The translations under genes were made by a program, and so were the position numbers. The notes under the pieces were generated by a model. It saw nothing but the letters and a program-made list of their open reading frames with translations. It did no database searches and was not told the origin of the DNA. DNA of 62,421 bases from Gemmatimonadales bacterium (GTDB lineage Bacteria > Gemmatimonadota > Gemmatimonadetes > Palauibacterales > Palauibacteraceae): contig JARRMU010000016.1 of NCBI GenBank assembly GCA_037385645.1, forward strand, positions 1 to 62,421. Reading direction: 5' to 3'. How positions within the stretch are numbered: position 1 is the stretch's first letter; each line of letters opens with the position of its first letter. Shown piece after piece: positions 18,592-28,389 of the stretch.

Positions 18592-18996
18592 GTGCCCCGA
18601 AGCTTCGAACGGTTCGCTTCCGGCGTACCGCTCATCGCGGCTCTGGGATACCGGCTCTTGGAGGCGAGCGAGACGGAGGTCGAGCTTGCCGCTCCCGTTT
18701 CGGATTCCTCGCTCCAGGTCGACGGGTGGGTTCACGGCGGGATGCTCGCGACGCTCGCCGACACGGCCGGAGCGTATCTCCTCTACCGAAGCCTTCCTCC
18801 TGATCGCAGCATGACCAGCATCGAGTTCAAGCTGAACTTCCTGCGGCCGGCGGTTGCCGATGCGGGAGATTTAAGCGCCCGCGCGCGGCTCGTGAAGCAA
18901 GGTCGGCAGGTGGCGCTATGTGATATCGAGGTGGCGCAGGGAGGGGAGCTGGTGGCGAAGGGCCTGTTCACCTATCTGCTGCTGCCGCCTGACTGA
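18592..18996 (+). CDS. PaaI-family hotdog-fold thioesterase
   Basis: VHGGMLATLADTAG motif, 134 aa. Confidence 0.75.
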   Translation: MPRSFERFASGVPLIAALGYRLLEASETEVELAAPVSDSSLQVDGWVHGGMLATLADTAGAYLLYRSLPPDRSMTSIEFKLNFLRPAVADAGDLSARARLVKQGRQVALCDIEVAQGGELVAKGLFTYLLLPPD

Positions 18997-19029
18997 CCGG
19001 ATGCCGTCCCCGAGGCTGCGGCCGACGGG

Positions 19030-19329
19030 TCAACCGCCGGGCACGGCCGGATTGATTCGATCTCGCCGCGCCCTCCACCAGCGGAGGTCACCGACGAGCT
19101 CCGCGCGACTCACGCCGGGCCCGCAACGCTCCAGGTGCTCTCCGAAGGCGTCGAAGTGCGGTAGGGCGTTCCGGCGATCGATCCACTCCGACTCGAGGCC
19201 GTGCTCCCTCCCCCAGGCGATGAGCTCGGCGAGCGACCGGTCGCTGTAGACATGGCACATGCGATCCCCTCGGCGGACGCCGAGGCGGGGCAGGTCCCGC
19301 GGTGCTGAGTGATAGTGATACTTGATCAC
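19030..19329 (-). CDS. DUF4031-like small protein
   Basis: MCHVYSD..LAEL..WGREHGL...W......PHFD pattern. GTG 19329 (VIKYHYH...) is preferred; the rest of track ORF 19030..19590 is Arg/Pro-rich extension. Confidence 0.5.
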   Translation of the reverse strand: MIKYHYHSAPRDLPRLGVRRGDRMCHVYSDRSLAELIAWGREHGLESEWIDRRNALPHFDAFGEHLERCGPGVSRAELVGDLRWWRARRDRINPAVPGG

Positions 19330-19481
19330 GGCGGGCGAATCTTTCCCTCTGTCCGTCGCCCCACAAGTCGAGGGCTTACCAGCCTGCGCTCGCCGCGTCG
19401 CGCCGGCCGGTGTTGCCGGGCGGTGACCCGAGGTAAAGATTCCGGGCTTCGTTGGTGGCGAACCCTCCGGGAGGTCACGGC

Positions 19482-20963
19482 ATGAAGACGATGAATCGCA
19501 GGGAGCTGATCCGGCGGGCGATGCCCGGCACCGGCACCCCAGGCGGCACCGATGCGGCTGTCGGCGTCGAGACACGGAGCCAGCCGGCATCGGCTGCTGG
19601 GTTGTCGGAAGAAGAGGCGAAGCAGCTCGCCGACCGGATCCTGGCCATGAGCGGAGCCGACGAGACGGAGGTTCGACTCCGGAGCGGCCGCCAGTCCAAC
19701 ACCCGCTACGCCGTCAACCGAGTCACGACGGCCGGGGACGCGGATGATGTCACGGCGGTCATCACGGCCCGGTTCGGCCAGCGTGCCGGGAGCGTGACGA
19801 CGAACAAGCTGGACGACCAATCGCTGAGCGAGGCGGTCGAGAGCGCCGAGGAGTTGGCCCGCCTGGCGCCGGAGAACGACGAGCGCATGCCGTTGCTGGG
19901 TCCGCAGACCTATCTGGAGACGCGTGGCTACTTCGACTCGACCGCCGAGCTGAACGCCGAGAGGCGTGCGGAGGTGGCGGCTTCGGCGATCGGGGCAGCG
20001 AGCGAGACGGGCGGCCTCGCTGCGGCCGGGTTCCTCGAGTGCTCGGCCGGATCCACGGCGATCGCCAACTCGGCCGGCCTTTTTGCCTTCCATGCCTCTA
20101 CCGACTTCGACTACTCCGTCACCGTGCGAACGACGGATGGCAGCGGCTCTGGCTGGGCCGGAACCGGGGGGCGCGATTGGGCCGAGGTCGACTTCGACGG
20201 GATTCACCGACGTGCGATCCAGAAGGCGGTTCGCTCCCGCGACCCCCAGCCGCTCGAGCCCGGCACCTACCCCGTCGTGCTGGAGCCGCGGGCCGTCTCC
20301 GACCTCATCGGGCTCCTCGCCTTCTCGCTGAACGCGCGCACCGCGGATGAGGGGCGCAGCGCCTTCTCGGCCAAGGGCGGTGGCACGAAGATCGGTGAGC
20401 AGATCGTCGATTCCAGGGTCACGCTGCTGAGCGACCCCGCGGAGATGGGTGCCGCGCCGTTCGTCGGAGGGGGCGGATTCGGCTTCGGCGGCGGCTTTGG
20501 TGGAGGCTTCGCCTCGGACGACTCGGGACTGCCGCTGGGTCGTCAAGCGTGGGTCGAGGATGGGGTCCTCAAGAGCCTCTTCCAGTCGCGGTACTGGGCT
20601 AAGAAGCAGGGCTTGAAGCCCGTTGCCTTTCCCAGCACGCTCATCATGCAGGGAGACGATCAGTCGCTCGAGGATCTCATCGCCTCCACCGAGCGCGCCG
20701 TGCTCGTCACGCGCCTCTGGTACATCCGCGCCATCGACCCGCGCACGGTCTCATACACGGGCCTGACGCGAGACGGCAACTTCATGATCGAGGACGGCCG
20801 TATCTCTCACCCCGTCAATAACTTTCGCTGGAACGACTCACCGCTTGCCGTGCTGAGCAATCTTGAGGCGATGAGCCGACCCGAGCGTATCTCGGCGTCT
20901 CGAAACATGCCCGCGATCCGCTCCAGCGCGTTCACCTTCAGCAGCGTCTCGGAGGCGGTCTGA
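19482..20963 (+). CDS. TldD/PmbA-family metalloprotease-like protein with a twin-arginine signal
   Basis: MKTMNRRELIRRAMPG Tat-like N-terminus. Family-typical C-terminal region (VTRLWYIR, GLTRDG, FRWNDSP). Contains a GGGGFGFGGGFGGGF insertion. Confidence 0.75.
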   Translation: MKTMNRRELIRRAMPGTGTPGGTDAAVGVETRSQPASAAGLSEEEAKQLADRILAMSGADETEVRLRSGRQSNTRYAVNRVTTAGDADDVTAVITARFGQRAGSVTTNKLDDQSLSEAVESAEELARLAPENDERMPLLGPQTYLETRGYFDSTAELNAERRAEVAASAIGAASETGGLAAAGFLECSAGSTAIANSAGLFAFHASTDFDYSVTVRTTDGSGSGWAGTGGRDWAEVDFDGIHRRAIQKAVRSRDPQPLEPGTYPVVLEPRAVSDLIGLLAFSLNARTADEGRSAFSAKGGGTKIGEQIVDSRVTLLSDPAEMGAAPFVGGGGFGFGGGFGGGFASDDSGLPLGRQAWVEDGVLKSLFQSRYWAKKQGLKPVAFPSTLIMQGDDQSLEDLIASTERAVLVTRLWYIRAIDPRTVSYTGLTRDGNFMIEDGRISHPVNNFRWNDSPLAVLSNLEAMSRPERISASRNMPAIRSSAFTFSSVSEAV

Positions 20964-22594
20964 TGCAACGGCGTGATTTCGTGAAGAGCTCGGCGCTGGC
21001 GGCGGGGGCGATCGCGCTCGCCAAGCCCTCAGCCCGTGGGGCTTCCCACGGTGTGCGGACAGCCCGGGCGGGTCTGATGCTGGAGTCTCCGGCCGTAGAT
21101 CCGGCGACCCGGGATCTTCTACTCGAAGCCCTCGACGCGGCGACCTCGGCGGGCGCGCAGTACGCCGACGCCAGGGTCGGGCTCTACCTGAATCAGCGCG
21201 TCGGGACCCGGGAGGAGAAGGTCACGAACGTGAGCGAGACGAGCTCGCTCGGGATCGGCGTACGGGCGCTTGTGAGCGGTAGCTGGGGCTTCGCCGCCGC
21301 GAACGACCTGACCCGCGAAGCGGCGCGTCGGGTGGGCCGTGAGGCAGCGGCCACGGGGGCCGCAAACGCACGCGTCGAGCGCTCCTCGGTTTCGCTGGCT
21401 CCCGTCGACTCGTACGGCGAGGTCTCCTGGGCAAGCGCCTACGAAGTGGATCCGTGGGACGTGCCCGTCGGCGACAAGGCCGAGTACCTCCTTGCCCTCA
21501 ACCGGGCAGCGCTCGCCACGAAGGGCGTGAGCTTCGTCAACTCGAACCTCCACTTCGTGAAGATCGAGGAGACGTCCGCGACGACCGATGGGACGATCGC
21601 CGCCCAGCGGATCATCCGCGCGAACCCCAGCATGTCGAGCACGGCCGTGGCGCCTGATCGCAGTGACTTCCAGTCTCGCGGAGCGGTGCTGGAGCCCGCG
21701 GGGCGTGGTTGGGAGTACGTGCGGGATAACATGACCCTGGACGCAGTGGAGGTATGGGCTTCCGAAGCCGTTCAGAAGCTCTCGGCGGTGCCCGTGGAGC
21801 CGGGCACGTACGACCTCGTCCTCCATCCATCGCACCTGTGGCTGACGATCCACGAGTCGATCGGCCACCCGACAGAGCTTGATCGGGCGCTGGGCTACGA
21901 GGCGAACTACGCCGGAACGAGCTTCCTGGCGCCGCCGGCCGAGGTGCTCGGGAAACTCCGGTACGGGCCCGACTTCATGCAGATCGTTGGGGAGCGAACC
22001 TCGCCCGGCGGACTGGCGAGCATCGGCTGGGATGAGGAAGGCGTGAAGGCGGACGAGTGGCCGCTGATCAAGGACGGAATCTTCGTCGACTACCAGACGA
22101 CCCGGGAGCAGGTGGGCTGGATCTCCGATCTCACGGGCGTGACCCGCAGTCACGGCTGCTCGCACTGCCAGACGTGGGCCCACATCCCCTTCCAGCGGAT
22201 GCCGAACATCAACCTCATGCCCGCCGAGGAGCAGATCTCGGAGGAAGATCTGATTGGGGCGACCGATGACGGGATCTACATTGAGAGCCGCGGCTCCTAC
22301 TCGATCGACCAGCAGCGCTACAACTTTCAGTTCGGCGGCCAGGTGTTCTGGGAGATCAAGGGCGGGAAGAAGACCCGGATGCTCAAGGATGTGGCCTATC
22401 AGGCCCGGACGACCGATTTCTGGAACGCGATGGACATGATCGGCGGGCCGGAGACCTACTACGTGGGCGGGAGCTTCTACGACGGTAAGGGCCAGCCGGG
22501 CCAGGTCAACGCCGTCTCCCACGGCTGCCCGGTGTCGCGCTTCCACCAGATCAACGTGCTCAACACCGGCGCAGAAGGTGGTCGCCTCGGCTAG
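20963..22594 (+). CDS. TldD-family metalloprotease with a twin-arginine signal
   Basis: MQRRDFVKSSALAAGAIAL Tat signal; HESIGHPTELDR metal-binding motif; GGQVFWEIKGGK C-terminal region. Its start overlaps the upstream stop. Confidence 0.8.
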   Translation: MQRRDFVKSSALAAGAIALAKPSARGASHGVRTARAGLMLESPAVDPATRDLLLEALDAATSAGAQYADARVGLYLNQRVGTREEKVTNVSETSSLGIGVRALVSGSWGFAAANDLTREAARRVGREAAATGAANARVERSSVSLAPVDSYGEVSWASAYEVDPWDVPVGDKAEYLLALNRAALATKGVSFVNSNLHFVKIEETSATTDGTIAAQRIIRANPSMSSTAVAPDRSDFQSRGAVLEPAGRGWEYVRDNMTLDAVEVWASEAVQKLSAVPVEPGTYDLVLHPSHLWLTIHESIGHPTELDRALGYEANYAGTSFLAPPAEVLGKLRYGPDFMQIVGERTSPGGLASIGWDEEGVKADEWPLIKDGIFVDYQTTREQVGWISDLTGVTRSHGCSHCQTWAHIPFQRMPNINLMPAEEQISEEDLIGATDDGIYIESRGSYSIDQQRYNFQFGGQVFWEIKGGKKTRMLKDVAYQARTTDFWNAMDMIGGPETYYVGGSFYDGKGQPGQVNAVSHGCPVSRFHQINVLNTGAEGGRLG

Positions 22595-22630
22595 ACCCGC
22601 CGCTCGCTCTCGAGACGGGGCTCGAAGCTC

Positions 22631-25030
22631 GTGACCCTGCAAATCGCGCTCGTGTTCGCGATCCTGCTCGCCAGTCTCGTCCTGTTCGTCGGAGACTGGA
22701 TCCGGATCGATCTGGTCGCCCTACTCGTACTCGCGGGCCTGGCGATCAGCGGCCTGGTGAGCCCTCGCGAGGCCCTCTCCGGCTTCAGCAGCCCCGCGGT
22801 CGTCACCGTTTGGGCCATGTTCATCCTGAGCGGAGGCCTCGCGCGCACCGGCATCGCCGGCCGGTTGGGGGATCAGCTGCTCCACGTCGCCGGGCAGGGC
22901 GAGCTACGGCTGGTGCTGGTGATCATGCTGACGTCCGCGTTTCTCTCGGCATTCATGAACAATGTGGGGGTGGCCGCCCTCCTGCTCCCGGTCGTCATGG
23001 ACATATCACGGAGCACGGGAATCGCGCCGTCCAGGCTGCTCATGCCCCTGGCCTACAGCTCGCTGCTGGGCGGCCTTACGACACTTATTGGGACCCCGCC
23101 CAACATCCTCGTCGCGGAGGCGCTACGGGATCAGGGGCTGCGGCCCTTCGCGCTCTTCGACTACTCACCGGTCGGCGGTGGCGCGGCGCTCGGCGGCATC
23201 CTGTTCATGGCACTTGTGGGCCGCCGCCTCCTACCGGCGCGCGAGTCGCAGCAGGCGCCGAGCGAGGCCGTAGACGCCACGGTCGCGGAAGTCGCCCCGG
23301 AGGCCGCTGCCGCCAGCGGACGGCCGTCCGCCGCCGACCTCGAGGAGCTGTACGAGTTGCACGAGGAGCTGTTCACGATCCCCGTGGCGGCGGACTCTCC
23401 GGTCGTCGACAAGCCACTTGCCGAGAGCCGCTTCGGTGCCGCGCTCGACCTCAACGTCGTGGCCATCCTCAGGGACGGCGACACGATCCTCGCTCCCGGA
23501 CCGCAGGAGGCTCTCCGATCCGGCGACCGCCTGCTGGTGCAGGGCCGGCCGGAGCGCCTGGCGGAGTTCCGCGGCCGCCGCAGCCTGGTGATCAGCGAAG
23601 ACAGCCTGGCGGTGGAGCGGCTCACTTCGGCCGATGTGGACGTCGCGGAAGTGCAGCTGGCGCACGATTCTCCGCTCATCGGCCGGGCGCTGGAGGAGAT
23701 CGACTTTCGTGGCCGGTTCGGGTTGAATGTCCTGGCGATCGAGCGGGAAGGATCCGGGGACCGTCAGCCGCGACCCGCCATGTCCCTCCAGGCCGGCGAC
23801 CGGTTACTGGTGCAGGGTACCGCGGCGCGCCTCGAAGGGCTCCGCGCCGATCTCGGCTTCCAGGTGTCCGCGGCCGAGCACGCGCGCCTGTACCGGCTGG
23901 CCGAGCGACTGTTCGCCGTGCACGTGCCGCCCGAGTCCGTGCTGGCGGGAAAGTCGCTGGCGGAAATGCGGCTCGGGGGTGCGTTCGGGCTCTCGGTCCT
24001 CAGCATCCTGAGGCAGGGACGGGCCCATCCGATGCCGGATCCGGACGAAACGCTGCGGGCGCTGGATACCCTGATCGTGTCGGGCCGACCGGAGGACACG
24101 GAGGCGATCGAATCGCTCGGCGCGCTCGATGTGGAGCGCGCGGACTCTTCCGGCATGGAGTCGCTTCACTCGGAGCGCGTCGGGCTCGTCGAGGCCGTGC
24201 TTGCACCCCGCACCGCGCTCGCCGGCTCGAGCCTGCGGCAGCTTAATTTCCGAGTGAAATACGGCCTCACCGTTCTGGCGATCATGCGCCAGGGTGAGAT
24301 CATCCGGGAGAGCGTGGCGGATATCCCGCTACGATTCGGCGACGCGCTGCTCCTGTACGGACCGGCCGAGCGGCTGCGGATGTTGGGTGCCGAGCCAGAC
24401 TTCCTCGTGCTCACGCGCGGAGCTCAGGAGCCCCGAAGAACCGCCAAGGCTCCGCTGGCCGCGCTGCTGATGGGACTCGTGATTGTGCCGGTTCTCCTGG
24501 GGTGGGTGCCCATCTACATCGCGGCCGTGGCCGGCGCCGCGCTGATGGTGCTGACGGGCTGCCTGACGATGGACGAGGCGTATCGGGATATCGAGTGGCC
24601 GGCGGTGTTTCTGATCGCCGGGATGCTGCCCCTCGGCATCGCGCTCGACCGGAGCGGCGCGGCGGCGCTCGTCGCGGAGCAGGTGGTGACCTCCCTGGGC
24701 CGATTCGGACCCGTCGCCGTCATGGCCGGCCTGTTCGCCCTGACCTCCGCCGGCACGCAGATCATCCCGACGGCGGCCCTCGTGGTGCTGATGGCTCCTA
24801 TCGTTCTCAACACCGCTGCCGGGATGGGGATCTCCCCCTATGCCCTCATGATGACCGTTGCGATGGCCGCTTCGGCCAGCTTTGGCAGTCCGGTGTCGCA
24901 TCCGGCCAACGTGCTCGTTATGGGACCCGGCGGCTACCGATTCACCGATTACCTGCGCGTCGGTCTGCCGTTGACGTTCGTCGTCTTCGTCTTCGTCGTC
25001 CTGCTGACGCCCGTCTTCTGGCCGGTCTGA
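22631..25030 (+). CDS. SLC13/DASS-family permease with four tandem cytoplasmic TrkA-C (RCK_C) domains
   Basis: Two membrane halves (N-terminal about 230 aa, C-terminal about 230 aa) flank four repeats of the L.G+.L.E...R...G..V.AI.R pattern, each ending in GD.LLV.G. Confidence 0.8.
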   Translation: MTLQIALVFAILLASLVLFVGDWIRIDLVALLVLAGLAISGLVSPREALSGFSSPAVVTVWAMFILSGGLARTGIAGRLGDQLLHVAGQGELRLVLVIMLTSAFLSAFMNNVGVAALLLPVVMDISRSTGIAPSRLLMPLAYSSLLGGLTTLIGTPPNILVAEALRDQGLRPFALFDYSPVGGGAALGGILFMALVGRRLLPARESQQAPSEAVDATVAEVAPEAAAASGRPSAADLEELYELHEELFTIPVAADSPVVDKPLAESRFGAALDLNVVAILRDGDTILAPGPQEALRSGDRLLVQGRPERLAEFRGRRSLVISEDSLAVERLTSADVDVAEVQLAHDSPLIGRALEEIDFRGRFGLNVLAIEREGSGDRQPRPAMSLQAGDRLLVQGTAARLEGLRADLGFQVSAAEHARLYRLAERLFAVHVPPESVLAGKSLAEMRLGGAFGLSVLSILRQGRAHPMPDPDETLRALDTLIVSGRPEDTEAIESLGALDVERADSSGMESLHSERVGLVEAVLAPRTALAGSSLRQLNFRVKYGLTVLAIMRQGEIIRESVADIPLRFGDALLLYGPAERLRMLGAEPDFLVLTRGAQEPRRTAKAPLAALLMGLVIVPVLLGWVPIYIAAVAGAALMVLTGCLTMDEAYRDIEWPAVFLIAGMLPLGIALDRSGAAALVAEQVVTSLGRFGPVAVMAGLFALTSAGTQIIPTAALVVLMAPIVLNTAAGMGISPYALMMTVAMAASASFGSPVSHPANVLVMGPGGYRFTDYLRVGLPLTFVVFVFVVLLTPVFWPV

Positions 25031-26962
25031 TGCTAACGCCGGGAGAGGACCACACGGTGAGAGACGAGGCGGAAGGACGGCGCCTGCTCGCCCTGTCGCT
25101 CGCTGCGATCGGGGTCGTGTACGGGGACATCGGGACGAGCCCGATCTACGCCTTCCGTGAGTCCTTCCATACTTCCCATGGGATCGAGCCGGTATCCGCC
25201 AACATCCTCGGCGTTCTCTCCCTCATCTTCTGGTCCCTGATCATCGTCATCTCGGTGAAGTACCTGGGCCTGGTGATGCGCGCCGATAACCGCGGTGAGG
25301 GCGGAATCGTAGCGCTCACGGCCCTCGTGATGCCTCCCGACACACGCGTCACCGATGAGGAGCCGGTCGTCCGGATCCAGCGCAGCCGCCGGTGGCTGCT
25401 CGGCATGGTGGGGCTGTTCGGAGCCGCCCTGCTCTACGGGGACAGCATGATCACGCCCGCCATATCGGTGCTGAGTGCCGTCGAGGGTCTGGAGGTGGCT
25501 ACGCCCGTTTTTCGCCCGTTCGTCATTCCGATCACGATCGGCATCCTGCTGGCCCTCTTCTTCGTTCAGAGAAGGGGAACGGAGGGTCTCGGCGCCGTGT
25601 TCGGGCCCGTGACGCTTGTCTGGTTCATCTCCTTGGCCGCTCTCGGCGTGGCACAGCTCATCCACAATCCGGCCGTGATCAAGGCCCTCAGTCCCCACTA
25701 CGGCTTCGCCTTCTTCATCCACAACGGTCTTCGCGGCTTCCTCGTGCTGGGCTCCGTATTCCTTGTGGTGACGGGCGGCGAGGCCCTCTACGCGGACATG
25801 GGCCACTTTGGAAAGCGGCCGATCCGCCTGATGTGGTTCAGCGTCGTCCTCCCTTGCCTCCTCCTGAACTATTTCGGCCAGGGGGCCATGCTGCTGCGCA
25901 GGCCGGAGGCCGTGGAGCAGCCCTTCTTTCTCATGGCACCGGCCTGGGCGCTGTACCCGCTCGTCGCCATCGCCACGGCGGCGACGGTGATCGCGTCGCA
26001 GGCGGTGATCTCGGGGGCGTTCTCGCTGACCAGGCAGGCCGTCCAGCTGGGTTACCTGCCGCGGCTCAAGATCCTCCATACCTCATCCAAGCATCGGGCA
26101 GATCTACCTGCCCGCCGTCAATCTCGCCCTGATGATCGCCTGCATCGGACTCGTGCTCGGCTTCCGCACGTCCGGCAACCTGGCTGCGGCCTACGGTGTG
26201 GCCGTGACGACCGACATGGTCTTCACCACGATCCTGTTCGCGGCCGTGGCGAGGATGCGATGGCGGTGGGGGCTGTGGGCTACCGGGCTGCTCACGTTCG
26301 CCCTTCTGCTGGTGGACCTCTCCTACTGGTTCGCCAACCTTCCGAAGATCCCGCACGGTGGCTGGTTTCCGCTCGCCGTGGCGGGAACGGTCTTCATCGC
26401 GATGACGACCTGGAAGCGAGGACGGCGAATCCTCGCCGCGCGGTACCGGGAGCTTGTGATCCCGATGGACGACTTCCTGCTGAAGGTGGCGGCCGAGGAC
26501 CCGCTCCGGGTCCCCGGGACAGCCGTGTACATGAACTCCTTTCCTTACGGAACGCCGCCCGCTCTGCACAACAACCTCAAGCACAACAAGGTGCTGCACG
26601 AGCGTGTCGTGATGCTTTGTTTGCTACCCGGTGAGCGGCCGGTCGTCGTCGGCGATCGCTGCGACGTCTCCGACTACGGGCAAGGCATCTATCAGATCAC
26701 AGCGAGTTACGGCTTCACCGAAGACCCGGACGTGCCCGCGCTCCTGGCAGGTCGCGACCTCGGCGGCCAGCTCTTGGATCTGGAGGAGACGACATTCTTC
26801 TTGGGCAGAGAGACGCTCGTCCCAACTCGCCGACCGGGCGGCATGTCGATCTGGCGCGAGAGACTGTTCGCGTGGATGACCCGCAGCGCCCAACGAGCGG
26901 CCTCTTACTTCCAGATTCCTTCGGACCGCGTCATCGAGATCGGAAGCCAGATCGATTTCTAG
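25030..26962 (+). pseudogene. kup: KUP/HAK/KT potassium uptake transporter, reading frame broken by a 1-nt indel near 26095
   Basis: The N-part ([23 protein letters not shown] ... [10 protein letters not shown]) is in one frame. The C-part ([38 protein letters not shown] ... ) continues from 26096 in the +1 frame. ATG 25030 overlaps the SLC13 stop. Confidence 0.8.
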
Positions 26963-27007
26963 CGTCGCCTCCGGCAGACCTCCCTCTTCGCGCGCGGTCG
27001 CTCGGTC

Positions 27008-28327
27008 CTATCCGGAACCGCGGCGAAGCCGTTCGAACGTGACGTGCGCGACGGTCGTCGACAGGTAGACGGCAGCGGTGAAGGCAAGCGCCATCGGATC
27101 GTTCGCCGCCAGGTAGTAGGCGAGCAGCACGACCGTAACGCTCATCAGTCCCAGCGCGGCCACGATCGGTATCGACACGAGCAGAAACGTCATACTCGAG
27201 AAAGCGGCGATGACGGCCAGGCTCCCCAGACCGGCGAAGAACGCTGCCAGAATGGTGATGACCGTGACTCCCGCCACGGGGACGTCCGTGCGGCTCCGAA
27301 AGGAGAAGACGGCCGGCGCGAATCGCTCGGCCGCCATCTCGGAGGCGAGTCGAGCCGATCCGAAAAGGGTCGCGTTGATCGCGGATGAGGTGGCGAGAAG
27401 GGCCGCCAGGTCCACGAGCAGGACGCCGGCCTTTCCCAGGATCGGGCGAGCAACGACCGCGAGCGCGTACTCGTCGGCCGCCTTGATGGCCGCGGGATCG
27501 AGGGTCCCCACCGCCACCACGGCGATCGCGATGTAGATGGCCGACGTGATCAGAATCGAGCCGTAGATGCCCCGCGGGACGTTGCGATCCGGATCACGCG
27601 TCTCGAGCACCGCGTTGGTGATGAGCTGAAATCCCTCATAGGCGACGAAGATCAGCGCGCCGCCGAGCAGCGCTCCCGAGATCCCCCGGTCGAAGACCGG
27701 CACGAAGCGGGAGGAATCCACCGTGAAGAAACCGGCGACTCCCAGCACCGCCAGAAGCACAACCTTCGCGTATACGACCACGTCCTCGGCCCTTCCCATG
27801 GTGCCGGCGCCCATCAGGTTGATTGCCATGAACAGGAGCAGGACCCCCACTGAAAGGAGCACGCGGGTCGCGGCGTGGTCGGGTGTCCCCAGGAGGTGGC
27901 CTGCGTATGCGCCGAAGGTGAAGGCGTAGAGAGCGAGAGTTCCGATGTAGCCGACGACGACTGTCCAGCCGGCGATTCCCGCCACCTCCGGGCGTGTCGG
28001 GAAGGCGCGCTCCAGGTAGGTGAAGCTGGCCCCGTCGCTCCGGAAGGCCAAAGCCAGCTTCGCGTAGGAGTAGCCGGCCGCCAACGCAATCAGGCTTCCC
28101 GAGAGGAAGGCCAGCGGTGCCGCATGGCCGGCCACGTCGACGGCCAACCCGAGGATGGAGAAGATTCCCCCTCCGATCATGCCGCCGATGCCCATGGCCA
28201 CGAGCTCTTTGAGGCCGAGAGCTCCCTTTGGCGTTTCCGTCACCGCAACGCTCCTCCGTCCTTCCCGTGGCTCGCGGCCGCGACGGCGTGACCCATCTGG
28301 CCGGTCTGCGCGTAGACTCGCGCGCAC
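27008..28327 (-). CDS. APC-superfamily amino acid/polyamine permease
   Basis: 12-TM pattern; N-terminal LKELVAMGIGGMIGGGIFSILG motif. The true start may be GTG at about 28249. Confidence 0.75.
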   Translation of the reverse strand: MRASLRADRPDGSRRRGREPREGRRSVAVTETPKGALGLKELVAMGIGGMIGGGIFSILGLAVDVAGHAAPLAFLSGSLIALAAGYSYAKLALAFRSDGASFTYLERAFPTRPEVAGIAGWTVVVGYIGTLALYAFTFGAYAGHLLGTPDHAATRVLLSVGVLLLFMAINLMGAGTMGRAEDVVVYAKVVLLAVLGVAGFFTVDSSRFVPVFDRGISGALLGGALIFVAYEGFQLITNAVLETRDPDRNVPRGIYGSILITSAIYIAIAVVAVGTLDPAAIKAADEYALAVVARPILGKAGVLLVDLAALLATSSAINATLFGSARLASEMAAERFAPAVFSFRSRTDVPVAGVTVITILAAFFAGLGSLAVIAAFSSMTFLLVSIPIVAALGLMSVTVVLLAYYLAANDPMALAFTAAVYLSTTVAHVTFERLRRGSG

Positions 28328-28389
28328 ATCGAGCTCTTGCGCTCTCGGCCCCGCTCTTCAAACACGAGCGGATCCGCGGCTCCCTCCCA

